DNA of 64,000 nucleotides from Promethearchaeota archaeon (lineage in GTDB: Archaea > Asgardarchaeota > Lokiarchaeia > Sigyniarchaeales > SOKP01), in contig JBHLPW010000001.1 in assembly GCA_048939015.1 (NCBI GenBank), positions 32,001-96,000 on the forward strand, given 5' to 3'. The notes under the pieces were generated by a model, which was not told the origin of the DNA, did not search any database, and saw only the letters and a list, made by a program, of their open reading frames with translations. Each line of letters begins with the position of its first letter. Positions within the stretch are counted from its first letter, which is position 1. Shown piece by piece: positions 38,037 to 47,872 of the stretch. Made by a program: the position numbers and the translations under genes.

Positions 38037-38921
38037 TTAAACAATTTGAGAAAGTTCGTCCCAATATTGTTTTATATTCCATTCTCTTTTTGTCTTTATA
38101 TTTAAAGCAATCTTTTTTAAGATGTCTCTGATTCTTTCTGAGTTCAGATAATGAAAGTTTGGGGTTATAGCACATACCATAAATGTTCCTTTTCCACTTT
38201 TGGGAGCAATTATTGAATTTTCTTCCATTTTATCTATTAAACCATACGCATCAATCAGATCCTTAACAATCCTCATAATAAATTGGTTTTTTTCGAGAAC
38301 TTGTTCAAACTCATATATTTTTATTAGAGTTGAATACAATTGAGTAGTAAGTTCTTCAAGATTAAGTGATGGAATTAGATTTTTTGGAAAATAATCCAAT
38401 ATTACTGGTCCTTTTCCATCATCCCAACTCATATAAAAAAGATAATAAAAGTCAGCTTTACTACGTGCTTCAAGAGATGGTTCCTCATACTTTAAAATGT
38501 CCTTTAGCTTTTCCTCAAGTATTTTTGAGCTTTTTTTAATTTCTCTACTTTCTTTAATTTTTTTTGATATTTTTTCCAATAAAGCCATAGGGCTAAAAGG
38601 TTTTGTAATATAATCATCTGCTCCAAGCATTTTTCCAAATCTGACATCATCAGGTTCTACTTTACCAGATAAAAAGAAAAATGGAATTCTTGACCATTCT
38701 GTATTTTCGGAAACCTTCATATAAAAGTCATAGCCATCCATTATTGGCATTAGAATGTCACTTATTATAATATCAGGAGGATGATCTAAATTTGAAAGAA
38801 CTTCCAGCGCTTTTTTACCATTTATAGCTGTTATCAAATCATAATCATTCATTTCTAGAAATATTTTGAAATTCGTTACAAGAACTTCATCATCTTCAAC
38901 CAAGAATACGAGAGGGTTCAT
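38037..38921 (-). CDS. Response-regulator receiver fused to a probable uDENN/longin-like domain
   Basis: VEDD, IISDILMPIMDG, FLSG, YITKPF (intact receiver); C-terminal LFYMSWDDGKGPVILDYFP. ATG 38921. Confidence 0.85.
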   Translation of the reverse strand: MNPLVFLVEDDEVLVTNFKIFLEMNDYDLITAINGKKALEVLSNLDHPPDIIISDILMPIMDGYDFYMKVSENTEWSRIPFFFLSGKVEPDDVRFGKMLGADDYITKPFSPMALLEKISKKIKESREIKKSSKILEEKLKDILKYEEPSLEARSKADFYYLFYMSWDDGKGPVILDYFPKNLIPSLNLEELTTQLYSTLIKIYEFEQVLEKNQFIMRIVKDLIDAYGLIDKMEENSIIAPKSGKGTFMVCAITPNFHYLNSERIRDILKKIALNIKTKREWNIKQYWDELSQIV

Positions 38922-39074
38922 TATTAAAAACTCGTCTAAAAGATATTGATAATTTTGATACTCTCTTATAATAAAACTAGAGATATTTAATATTTTTGAA
39001 ATCGAAAATAAAGCCAAACTCAATCTAATTTTTGTCAAAAAGTTTCTAAATAGAAATAAGGAAATTTAATTAAT

Positions 39075-40541
39075 TTACGGATCAAAACATAACACTCCAG
39101 GATTTAACACATTATTAGGATCGAATATTTTTTTCACTTTTTTTAAAGCCATTTGGACGTTATCTTCTTGTCTCTTAAAAACCTCCTTTGACCAAACACC
39201 ATAAGGACGATTAAAAAATGCTCCTGAATCCATTAAATCGATACTAATTTTAGCATACTTTTCTTTTATTAAACTTGACTCGATCTTATTATTTGGGTCG
39301 TAAAAAAGATCAAATTCACAATGATATGAGGTTCCTTGATTTATTGCTTGAATATATATACCAACATCATCAGAAATTTCATTCTGAACCTTACTGATAA
39401 ATTTATGAATTCTCTCATAATTCGTGATAAAGAAAATATCTTGAAAGCCACCTTTTAATCTATTTCGCCATGAGTATAAAGTAGGTTCATTTAAAGCATG
39501 AATAATTTCACTTTTACTGATTGGGCTTTCTTTTTTTAACAAATAGTTGAGTTTAAGATCTTCAATCATTTGAAATATATCATCTTCTTGATAAGATATT
39601 TTATCATTTGCTAAACTACCACGACCAGCTAAAACAAAAATTAAGTTCCATTCAGCTAATGAATTTTTTAAATGTTCTATTTGGTCTAAATCTTTCTCAA
39701 CTAAACATGCAATGTTAATATTATTGAGAATTAATATTTCATCTCCTAATCGGTATTTTAATAATTGATGTTGAAGATTTAATAAATCTAGAAGATTTTC
39801 TGATTGAAGATGAAAAACTTTTTGAATTGTAGGTTTTAATTCTAATTTTAAGGTCGCCCATGTAACTATTCCCAGACTTCCTTGAGCACCTTGTATTAAT
39901 CTATAAGGACTAAATTGTGTTGGCCCCATTGGATTAACTTGTGCTTGACCGGATTTTTTTTGTTGCTTAATGGATCCAGGACCTGCGGCAGTACCAGTCC
40001 TAAAAAGATCTCCTGTACCAAAAACAACCTCAGTACACAATAATGGATCGGAACTATCCCATTGATAACGAGGAATTGTAGTTGGGGATCTTTCAAGAGC
40101 TGCTGTTAGAATAGATTTATCCTCTCGTGGAAGGAGAGGTAACAATAGCCGTAAACCTTTCTTTTGAAGGATCAGAAGTAATTGTCCAAATGTAACACCG
40201 GGTTCAATCATTATAACTCTATTTTTTCTATCAATACTTAAGATTTTGTTCATTCGGGAAAGGTCAATAATAATACAGTTACCTTTTTGCGGAATTGTGT
40301 CTCCATGATAACGTTCAGGGGAACTTGAGCTCACTGGAATAACTGAAAATTCTAATGAATTAGCTAATTTTATGACTTTTTCAATTTGTTTTGTTTTATA
40401 TAGCCATATTACATATATTGGTTTTGTACCTTTAACAAAACTTAAATCAGCAGAATAATCATCTAACAAATCTGGATCATTTGAAATATTCTTAGAACCA
40501 CAAATTTTAACTAATTCCTGAAATATATGTTCTTCATTCAT
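39075..40541 (-). CDS. FAD-binding oxidoreductase (VAO/GlcD-type)
   Basis: IDLSRMNKIL, IEPGVTF, EVVFGTGDLFRTG, GSLGIVT, KIFDPNNVLNPG. ATG 40541. Confidence 0.88.
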   Translation of the reverse strand: MNEEHIFQELVKICGSKNISNDPDLLDDYSADLSFVKGTKPIYVIWLYKTKQIEKVIKLANSLEFSVIPVSSSSPERYHGDTIPQKGNCIIIDLSRMNKILSIDRKNRVIMIEPGVTFGQLLLILQKKGLRLLLPLLPREDKSILTAALERSPTTIPRYQWDSSDPLLCTEVVFGTGDLFRTGTAAGPGSIKQQKKSGQAQVNPMGPTQFSPYRLIQGAQGSLGIVTWATLKLELKPTIQKVFHLQSENLLDLLNLQHQLLKYRLGDEILILNNINIACLVEKDLDQIEHLKNSLAEWNLIFVLAGRGSLANDKISYQEDDIFQMIEDLKLNYLLKKESPISKSEIIHALNEPTLYSWRNRLKGGFQDIFFITNYERIHKFISKVQNEISDDVGIYIQAINQGTSYHCEFDLFYDPNNKIESSLIKEKYAKISIDLMDSGAFFNRPYGVWSKEVFKRQEDNVQMALKKVKKIFDPNNVLNPGVLCFDP

Positions 40542-40657
40542 AATTAAAAAGTATGAAAGCAAATCTTTTCTTCTAAAAATATTTCTCTCTATTAAGATAT
40601 TACCATTTATAATAAAATGAATTTGAAATTTGGTAAAAAAAGAGAACTAAAAAGCTA

Positions 40658-42685
40658 TTAATTTTTCAATTTTAAATCTGTAAATCCATATACACCATAA
40701 ATGCGAAATTGTTCTATTACATTATTGTTCAGGATTTTTACCAAACCGGTTAATTTTTGATTAGGAAAATCTAATTTTAATCTATATACATTTTCATAAA
40801 ATCTTTCAGATGCCCTAAATGTCTCAAGATTTATCAAATCTTTCAAATCTTGGTCTGAATGAACTTTCTTTATATTTATTTCACCATTTTGAATTGAAAT
40901 TGACGGTTGTTGGTTAATAGATATCGAGGGTACTGTTTTTTCATCTTCATTTTTTAAATTAATAATTTCCTTTACCATTGAGGTTATAAATCCAATATTA
41001 GGATGGTATAATATTATGTTCTTATCTGTTAAGGATATTTTTTGGGTTAGATCGTTATCAAAATACCCTTTTCCAGAAATATTAATAGAATTATCATTAA
41101 AATCCAAAATAATAGATATGTCACCATCTGGAGATATAAGTCTAAATGTAGCTTCTTTTAATTTTGATAAAGAATTATATATTAAATACCCTTGATAATC
41201 ACTCTCATCATCCTTTCCATAATAGTAGTGGATGATATTGTCATTTGATTTTTGAATAGCCAATTGCTCTCCAAAACATTTTGTTTTAATAAAAAGACCA
41301 TCGTATTTTAAAATTTTCTCTGGTTCTTTTATTTGAAATTCTTTTTCAATTAAATTATGATAATCTTTAACCTGTTTAAATGATTCTGTAAGTTTCTCTA
41401 ATTGATCATTTAAGTATTCTTGCGAAATCCATCTTCCTCGAAATACTAAACCAAATCTTTTCTTAGTATTCGTAATTATTTCTATGGGATTTGCATTTAA
41501 TATTAATAAATCAGCTCTTTTACCCACAGAAACAGTTCCAACTTTATCTAAACACCCTATAAATTCAGCAGCATTCTTAGTAGCACATTTTAGAGTTTCA
41601 TAGGGAGAAATCCCACTTGATACAAATCTTTCAAGTTCATCATGAAATGCAAAACCTGGTATTGTATGAGGATTTAAAGCATCTGTTCCGACTAAGATTT
41701 TTCCTTTACTTTGATATAATTTACCAAGTATAGATGATTTCAATTCTATTGATTTACGTGTAAATTCTACCCATTCCTTACTCTTAAACTTTTGGTTAAG
41801 CCTTGGATTCTTCTTCAAATCCCATGCATCTAATATTTCTGGAGAAATAAATCTTGTCTCAGGTCGACTAAGTAATCTTTCTTGTTCCTCAAATTCCAAT
41901 AGAAAATGGACAACTAAAGTAGGACAATGCCACACACCTGCATCTACTGCTTTTTTGATAATAGACGGTATACGTGATTCATCTAAATAATCAAAGCTTT
42001 GTATCCAGATATTCATATCTGTTGTATATTTAGGAGGTGCATCTTCCGGCAAAAAGGATAAAAGATAGCCGTCTAAATGAGATATAGCATATTGTCTCTT
42101 TTGTAAGGCATGTTCTAAACCTACTGCCCAAGGTACATGACCTACAATTGGGATATTATGTTCTCTTCCAGCATCAATCAAGGCATCATAGACTTCTCTT
42201 GTGAGATTAAAATAAATTTTGATTTGTTTATATCCTAGGTCTTTAAATATTTTAACTAATTTTTTAGCGTTATCAGGTGTATTAACAATCGCACAATTTG
42301 GCCAATAGGGTTTGGCATCTATTATAGGACTTGTAGTGAAAATATTAGGACATAATAAATCACCATGCTCTATTCTTTCTTGCCATTTCAAATGTCGTGG
42401 AAAACCCCACATATTTCGAATGGTAGTTATCCCATTAGCAAGATATAGAATCATCTGGTTTTCGTCCATAAGATGCACATGCATATCCATTAAACCAGGA
42501 AGTGTATATCTATTTGTACCATCTACTATCAATTGTTCTGAGCTTAGTTCAATTTTACCAGTTGGCTGAATCTCTTTTATTATTTCATTTTCGATTAAAA
42601 TATCATGATTGTAGAGGACATCTTCAGATTCCATAGTTATAATATTAGTATTTTTAATTAGTATCAAATTACTTTGATTTAACAT
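40658..42685 (-). CDS. Amidohydrolase-family protein with C-terminal extension
   Basis: LPGLMDMHVH, GH, SH, VGTD, GTVSVGKRADLLIL. Confidence 0.88.
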   Translation of the reverse strand: MLNQSNLILIKNTNIITMESEDVLYNHDILIENEIIKEIQPTGKIELSSEQLIVDGTNRYTLPGLMDMHVHLMDENQMILYLANGITTIRNMWGFPRHLKWQERIEHGDLLCPNIFTTSPIIDAKPYWPNCAIVNTPDNAKKLVKIFKDLGYKQIKIYFNLTREVYDALIDAGREHNIPIVGHVPWAVGLEHALQKRQYAISHLDGYLLSFLPEDAPPKYTTDMNIWIQSFDYLDESRIPSIIKKAVDAGVWHCPTLVVHFLLEFEEQERLLSRPETRFISPEILDAWDLKKNPRLNQKFKSKEWVEFTRKSIELKSSILGKLYQSKGKILVGTDALNPHTIPGFAFHDELERFVSSGISPYETLKCATKNAAEFIGCLDKVGTVSVGKRADLLILNANPIEIITNTKKRFGLVFRGRWISQEYLNDQLEKLTESFKQVKDYHNLIEKEFQIKEPEKILKYDGLFIKTKCFGEQLAIQKSNDNIIHYYYGKDDESDYQGYLIYNSLSKLKEATFRLISPDGDISIILDFNDNSINISGKGYFDNDLTQKISLTDKNIILYHPNIGFITSMVKEIINLKNEDEKTVPSISINQQPSISIQNGEINIKKVHSDQDLKDLINLETFRASERFYENVYRLKLDFPNQKLTGLVKILNNNVIEQFRIYGVYGFTDLKLKN

Positions 42686-42878
42686 TCATTTCACCTTCTA
42701 TTTTCTCAATACTCAATTAAACAAATAACTTAAATAAATTTTTGTTTGAAAAAACCCTTTTCATTCTACGATAGATGGGAATTATGATGGTTACCTCCAA
42801 AAAACCAAATTTTTAAATATCTGATGAGTATTATAAAACAAATAATAATTCTAAAAGATTATAAAAAAAGAGATTCAA

Positions 42879-44288
42879 ATGAAAGATTTTGATTTAATCA
42901 TTGTAGGTGCTGGACCTGGAGGATCGATGGCAGCAAAAACTGCTGTAGAAAAAGGATTAAAAACAATTTTTTTTGAACGCAGTCGTAAGCCTGGTGAAAA
43001 AAATTCTTCTGGGTGTGGATTAGGACCACGTATGTTTAGAGATTTTCCTGAAATGATGAAAAATTTAACTCCCGATAAGTGTCCTTCAATGAGAGCTGGA
43101 GCTGCTTCACGTAACTATTTTATAAATGAAGATGATATTGTGGCAGGATATATTATGGCTCGGCCTACAGAATCTGTTTCATACGAACCTGCTAAATCTT
43201 GGATTACAATGAATGTGTATCGTAGTGAATTTGACCCCTGGATTGCAAAGTTTGCGACCGATGCAGGTGCTGAATTAAAAACTTCAACGTTAATTGTAGA
43301 TCTATTAAAAGAGGATGGTAGAGTGTGTGGTGTGATTGACGAAAAAGGAGAAAAATATAAGGCTCCACTTGTTATTGGAGCAGATGGTGTTATTTCAATT
43401 GTTGCTCAAAAATCTGGATTGAGGAATAAATGGGCTCAAAATCAGGTAACACTAGTACCCCAATATGATTTTCAAGCACCACCAGATAAGATTGATGATA
43501 TTATGGGTGATGAAACCTTAGGTATCTGGTGGGGTTCAACATTTCCATCATCATACCAAGTCTTTTTTAATGATGGATTCCATCAAGGATTAGGAAATTG
43601 GATGAATTGGTGGGACCGGAATCCATTATATTATTTAAATCGTGTTATTAATCTAAAATATTATCAAAGATTGTTAAAACTCCTTGATGCTAAACCACGT
43701 GAACTTCAAGCTCATCTACTCCCATGGTTAGATTATCCTAATAATACGCATACTGATGGTGTTATATTAATTGGAGATGCTGGTGGTTTTCCATGTCCTC
43801 TTGAGGCCGAGGGAATATATCCTGCTATGGTTACAGGAAAGGTTGCCGCAGAAGTAGCCTCTGAACTGGTATCATCTGAAGATGTATCCAAATCAACACT
43901 CAAAAAATTTGATGAGAAGTGGCAACAAACTAGTATTGGCAAAGAGTTTGAGGCGGGATTTGAGCTATACAATATTTGGAAAGCACTACCCTTTAGCCCA
44001 AAAGAAACTATGTCATGGTTCGTACCAATGATAATGGAAATCATTGGAGGTATTTTTGATTGGTCTCAACCTCATGCTTTAAGAGTAAGACAAATTATAA
44101 GTCATGTAAAGTCATATATGCCTAAAGCGACACCTTTTATAATGGCATATGTATTTCCCCTATTAGCTAAGGTTTTCGAAGATGATTTAGATAAGTTAAT
44201 GGATCCTAAGAAAATTATGAAGGTATTACCTAAACTATTAGAAATGCTCCCACAGAAAAAGAAAAAAAGAGGCGGAGAACAAAAATGA
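42879..44288 (+). CDS. FAD-dependent oxidoreductase, FixC/geranylgeranyl-reductase family
   Basis: VGAGPGG, PGEKNSSG, RSEFDPW, IGADG, LIGDAGG, EGIYPA. Confidence 0.88.
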   Translation: MKDFDLIIVGAGPGGSMAAKTAVEKGLKTIFFERSRKPGEKNSSGCGLGPRMFRDFPEMMKNLTPDKCPSMRAGAASRNYFINEDDIVAGYIMARPTESVSYEPAKSWITMNVYRSEFDPWIAKFATDAGAELKTSTLIVDLLKEDGRVCGVIDEKGEKYKAPLVIGADGVISIVAQKSGLRNKWAQNQVTLVPQYDFQAPPDKIDDIMGDETLGIWWGSTFPSSYQVFFNDGFHQGLGNWMNWWDRNPLYYLNRVINLKYYQRLLKLLDAKPRELQAHLLPWLDYPNNTHTDGVILIGDAGGFPCPLEAEGIYPAMVTGKVAAEVASELVSSEDVSKSTLKKFDEKWQQTSIGKEFEAGFELYNIWKALPFSPKETMSWFVPMIMEIIGGIFDWSQPHALRVRQIISHVKSYMPKATPFIMAYVFPLLAKVFEDDLDKLMDPKKIMKVLPKLLEMLPQKKKKRGGEQK

Positions 44289-44554
44289 ATATTGAATTAG
44301 ATGGTTTGACAAAACGAATTACAGATACGGGAAACTTTATTTCAATAGATAATGATAAATGTAATAATTGTGGACGCTGTTTAGTTATATGTGTTATGAA
44401 TTTATGGCGTAAAAAAGAAGGAAAAATCTATATAATAGACAATTATCAAACAAAATGTTTAGAATGTGCTGCTTGTTATCAAGTATGTGATGCTGGGGCA
44501 ATTAGTTTTAAATATCCTAAAGGTGGTACAGGTATAGTTATTGAAAAAGGATGA
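44285..44554 (+). CDS. FixX-like ferredoxin
   Basis: CNNCGRCLVIC, CLECAACYQVC, YPKGGTGI; 4-nt overlap with the upstream gene. Confidence 0.88.
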   Translation: MNIELDGLTKRITDTGNFISIDNDKCNNCGRCLVICVMNLWRKKEGKIYIIDNYQTKCLECAACYQVCDAGAISFKYPKGGTGIVIEKG

Positions 44555-44583
44555 ATCAAATTTAAAGGAAGGAATTTTTTGCA

Positions 44584-45567
44584 TTATAAAATAAATTTCG
44601 CTTGTTCAGCTGAGCCTAAAGTATTTTTGTTTCTTTCTTTAATCATATCAATTAACTCTTGACGGGCTAAGCCTAAATATTTTCTAGGACCAATTTGCTC
44701 TGGATGCTCCGCAAAATATTTTCTAATCATTGCTGTAAAAACCATTCGACTATCTGTAGCAATATTGATCTTGCATACCCCATATTGAGTTGCTTTCTTT
44801 AACTGAGCTTCTGGTATTCCAAATGCTTTTGATAAAGTACCTCCAAATTCATTAATAATGTTAGCATATTTCTGGGGTATTGAAGATGAACCATGTAAAA
44901 CAATTGGAAACTCTCCTAACCGTTTCCTTATTTCCTGAAGAATATCAAACCGTAATTCTGGTATATCTTCTACCTTTTCTACCTTAAATTTATAAGCTCC
45001 ATGTGAAGTACCAATCGCAATTGCTAATGAATCACATCTAGTTCGATTTACAAAATCCTCTACTTGATCGGGATCAGTATAAAAATGCTCAGTCGATTTT
45101 ACATGACCTTCAATACCGGCAATAACTCCTAGTTCTGCTTCCACACTTACTTCACGCTCATGAGCATATAAAACTATCTTTTTAGTTATTTTAATATTTT
45201 CTTCATATGCTAAATGACTTCCATCAAACATAACACTTGAAAAACCATTATCTACACAGTCTTTTGCTAATTCAAATGAATTGCCATGATCCAAATGTAA
45301 AGCTATTGGTATATTATAGCCCAAATTTTGTGCCATTACCACTGCGCCCTTTGCTAAATATCTTACCATTGCCCGATTTGCATATTCACCCGCCGCTGGA
45401 CTATTTTGAAGTATTACTGGAGAATTTGTCTCTCCACACCCTATAATAATAGCTTGTAATTGCTCTAAATTGCTAAAATTGTATCCTGGAACAGCAAATT
45501 TTCTTTTTAAAGCAACTTCAAACATTCTTTTTGTATTTGATAATCCTAATTCTTTATAAGAAACCAT
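44584..45567 (-). CDS. fba: Fructose-1,6-bisphosphate aldolase, class II
   Basis: LHLDHG, SVMFDGS, VEAELG, GTSHGAYK, VLHGSS, KINIATD. Confidence 0.95.
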   Translation of the reverse strand: MVSYKELGLSNTKRMFEVALKRKFAVPGYNFSNLEQLQAIIIGCGETNSPVILQNSPAAGEYANRAMVRYLAKGAVVMAQNLGYNIPIALHLDHGNSFELAKDCVDNGFSSVMFDGSHLAYEENIKITKKIVLYAHEREVSVEAELGVIAGIEGHVKSTEHFYTDPDQVEDFVNRTRCDSLAIAIGTSHGAYKFKVEKVEDIPELRFDILQEIRKRLGEFPIVLHGSSSIPQKYANIINEFGGTLSKAFGIPEAQLKKATQYGVCKINIATDSRMVFTAMIRKYFAEHPEQIGPRKYLGLARQELIDMIKERNKNTLGSAEQAKFIL

Positions 45568-45780
45568 TTTTTCTTCAATACATTTTGTCTTTAATTCAAA
45601 TGTTGTATTGATATTGAAATATCTATCCTAATATAAATATAGATGCCTAATTATATGTTAAAAGGATTATAAAATTAATTTTAAGCAGAAATTGTGAAAA
45701 CAAGTTAGAAAAAAGAGTATACTATAAATATATGTTTCATGCTACAGCAGTATATATAATAAAAAATTTTTTTGTAGTTT

Positions 45781-46674
45781 CTAAGTTGGTAATGTAATTT
45801 GTAGTTTATTCTTCAATTCCTTGTATCTTGAACGAAGAGTTACTTCAGTTATCCCTACTGATTCTACAATTTGTTGTTGGGTAGTTTCTTTATTTTTTAT
45901 TCTGCTGGCTAGATATATAGCCCCAGCACATAAACCCTTAGGGTCTTTTCCACTAACAGAATATTTAGATCTATAAGCCTTTAGAATTTTAGTTGTTAAT
46001 TGTTCGATTTCTGAATCTAATCCTAACTCATTTATATATCTAGGAATAAGGGATACAGGATCGGTTGATGGAGATTTTAAATTAAATTCTTGGATCAAAG
46101 TAGTATAACTTCTCCTTACATCCTTGGCATTTGCTGATGCTTCATTTGTTATCTCTTGAAGAGTTCTTGGTATTTTCTTTCTTCTACATGCTAGATATAA
46201 GCATGCAGCAACCATTGCATTAATGGATCTACCTCTTAATAATTTATTTTTAAAGGCTTCCTTATATAAGCGCATAGCATCCTCTCTTACATAGTTAGGT
46301 AAATTCAAATTAGTGCTTATTCTTTTTAATTCTGTGGATGCTATTAGTAAATTTCTTTTTTGCCATGTTATACGCGTATTCCATTTAGCAGCTCTTTTTA
46401 AATCAGGATTACTTATTTTACTTCTGTCTATAACAGTGCTTAATCCCATATCTGGTAATAAAATTGAAATTGGAGCACCAGTTTGTTCTCTATTATGTTT
46501 TTCTTGATTAGTATATGCTCTCCTCCCATTATGTGAAAAATCTACATTTTTTTCGTCAATGACTAATCCACACTGATTACATACAACATCTCCAGTGTTA
46601 ATTAATTGAATTATTGATCCACCACATTCGGGACAAACATTTACCAAAACATTATTTTTAGTATTTAACCCCAA
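45781..46674 (-). CDS. tfb: Transcription initiation factor IIB (TFB) paralogue
   Basis: CPECG...CNQCG zinc ribbon, LLRGRSI, PRTLQEI, GKDPKGLCAGAIY, ITEVTLRSRYKEL. Confidence 0.95.
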   Translation of the reverse strand: MGLNTKNNVLVNVCPECGGSIIQLINTGDVVCNQCGLVIDEKNVDFSHNGRRAYTNQEKHNREQTGAPISILLPDMGLSTVIDRSKISNPDLKRAAKWNTRITWQKRNLLIASTELKRISTNLNLPNYVREDAMRLYKEAFKNKLLRGRSINAMVAACLYLACRRKKIPRTLQEITNEASANAKDVRRSYTTLIQEFNLKSPSTDPVSLIPRYINELGLDSEIEQLTTKILKAYRSKYSVSGKDPKGLCAGAIYLASRIKNKETTQQQIVESVGITEVTLRSRYKELKNKLQITLPT

Positions 46675-46776
46675 TATAATAACCTCAATATAATAATTTT
46701 AAATAAAATAATAAAACAATTGTAGACCAATTCTTATCTTTTCTATAATAATTAATTTTTTAATTCTAAAAATTAA

Positions 46777-47787
46777 TTAAACACCTAATACTTGTAATTT
46801 TTCTAATAATTCTCTCTGATTCTTATTCAATTTCTGAGGGACTTTAATTTTGATTTTTATCATTAAATTCCCTCTTTGATTTGAATTTATTTTATAAAAA
46901 CCTTGATTTTTTAATCTAAGTAAGGATGAGTCATTAGTTCCTGCAGGTACTGATACATTTAATATATTTTCTACTCCACTGACTTGAATTTTCCCTCCAA
47001 GTGCCGCTGTTGTAAAAGGAACTTCTTGCTCAATATAGATATCATCATCTTTTCTTTCAAATTTAGGATGTTTTTTAATATGTATAGCTATATAAAGATC
47101 TCCTATAGAACCTCCATTTTCACCAGGCATTCCTTTACCCTTTAACCGTAATTTTTGATCATCTTTAATACCTCTTGGAATGTTTACATTTAAATTTTTC
47201 ATTTGACCAGAAACAGGATCTTTATACTGAACTTTTTTTTTACTCCCATTAAAGGCATCCATGAAATCGATTTCCATATCATATCTCAGATCGTCTCCTT
47301 CTCTAGGAACATTATTATAATTTGGAGATCTTGCCCTAGTGCTTCCCCTTCCCCCTCTATTAAAAACATCAAATATATCTCCTAAATCGTTAAAAAAATC
47401 GAATCCACCACCTCTACTTCCAGAATTATTACGATTGCCAAAAATTTCACTGAAATCAAAACCTCCCGGTGAACCCGATGTAGAATAATAATAGGTTGTG
47501 CCATCTGGACTTTGATGAACTCTTCCTCCTCCCGGAACCCCACTCCAATTTTGATATGAAGATGTATCTCCTTCTACAACACCAAATCTATCATACATAT
47601 CTCTTTTTTTGTCATCGCTTAATATTGTATAAGCTTCGTTTATCTCTTTAAATTTCTCTCCTGATTTTGGCTCATCTGGATTTACATCTGGATGATATTT
47701 TCGAGCCATTTTACGAAAGGCTCTCTTAATCTCTTCTTTTGAAGCTCCTTTATTTATTCCTAAAATTTTATAATAATCTTTTGCCAT
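46777..47787 (-). CDS. dnaJ: DnaJ-family co-chaperone lacking the zinc finger (class B/CbpA-like)
   Basis: J domain with HPD, G/F region, C-terminal domains; no CxxCxGxG repeats. Confidence 0.9.
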   Translation of the reverse strand: MAKDYYKILGINKGASKEEIKRAFRKMARKYHPDVNPDEPKSGEKFKEINEAYTILSDDKKRDMYDRFGVVEGDTSSYQNWSGVPGGGRVHQSPDGTTYYYSTSGSPGGFDFSEIFGNRNNSGSRGGGFDFFNDLGDIFDVFNRGGRGSTRARSPNYNNVPREGDDLRYDMEIDFMDAFNGSKKKVQYKDPVSGQMKNLNVNIPRGIKDDQKLRLKGKGMPGENGGSIGDLYIAIHIKKHPKFERKDDDIYIEQEVPFTTAALGGKIQVSGVENILNVSVPAGTNDSSLLRLKNQGFYKINSNQRGNLMIKIKIKVPQKLNKNQRELLEKLQVLGV

Positions 47788-47872
47788 AATTTACAACCTC
47801 ATCATGTAATCATGAAAAATAATTTGGTAAACAATAGTTTATAAAAAAATAAAAAAATAAAAAAAATTGAAC

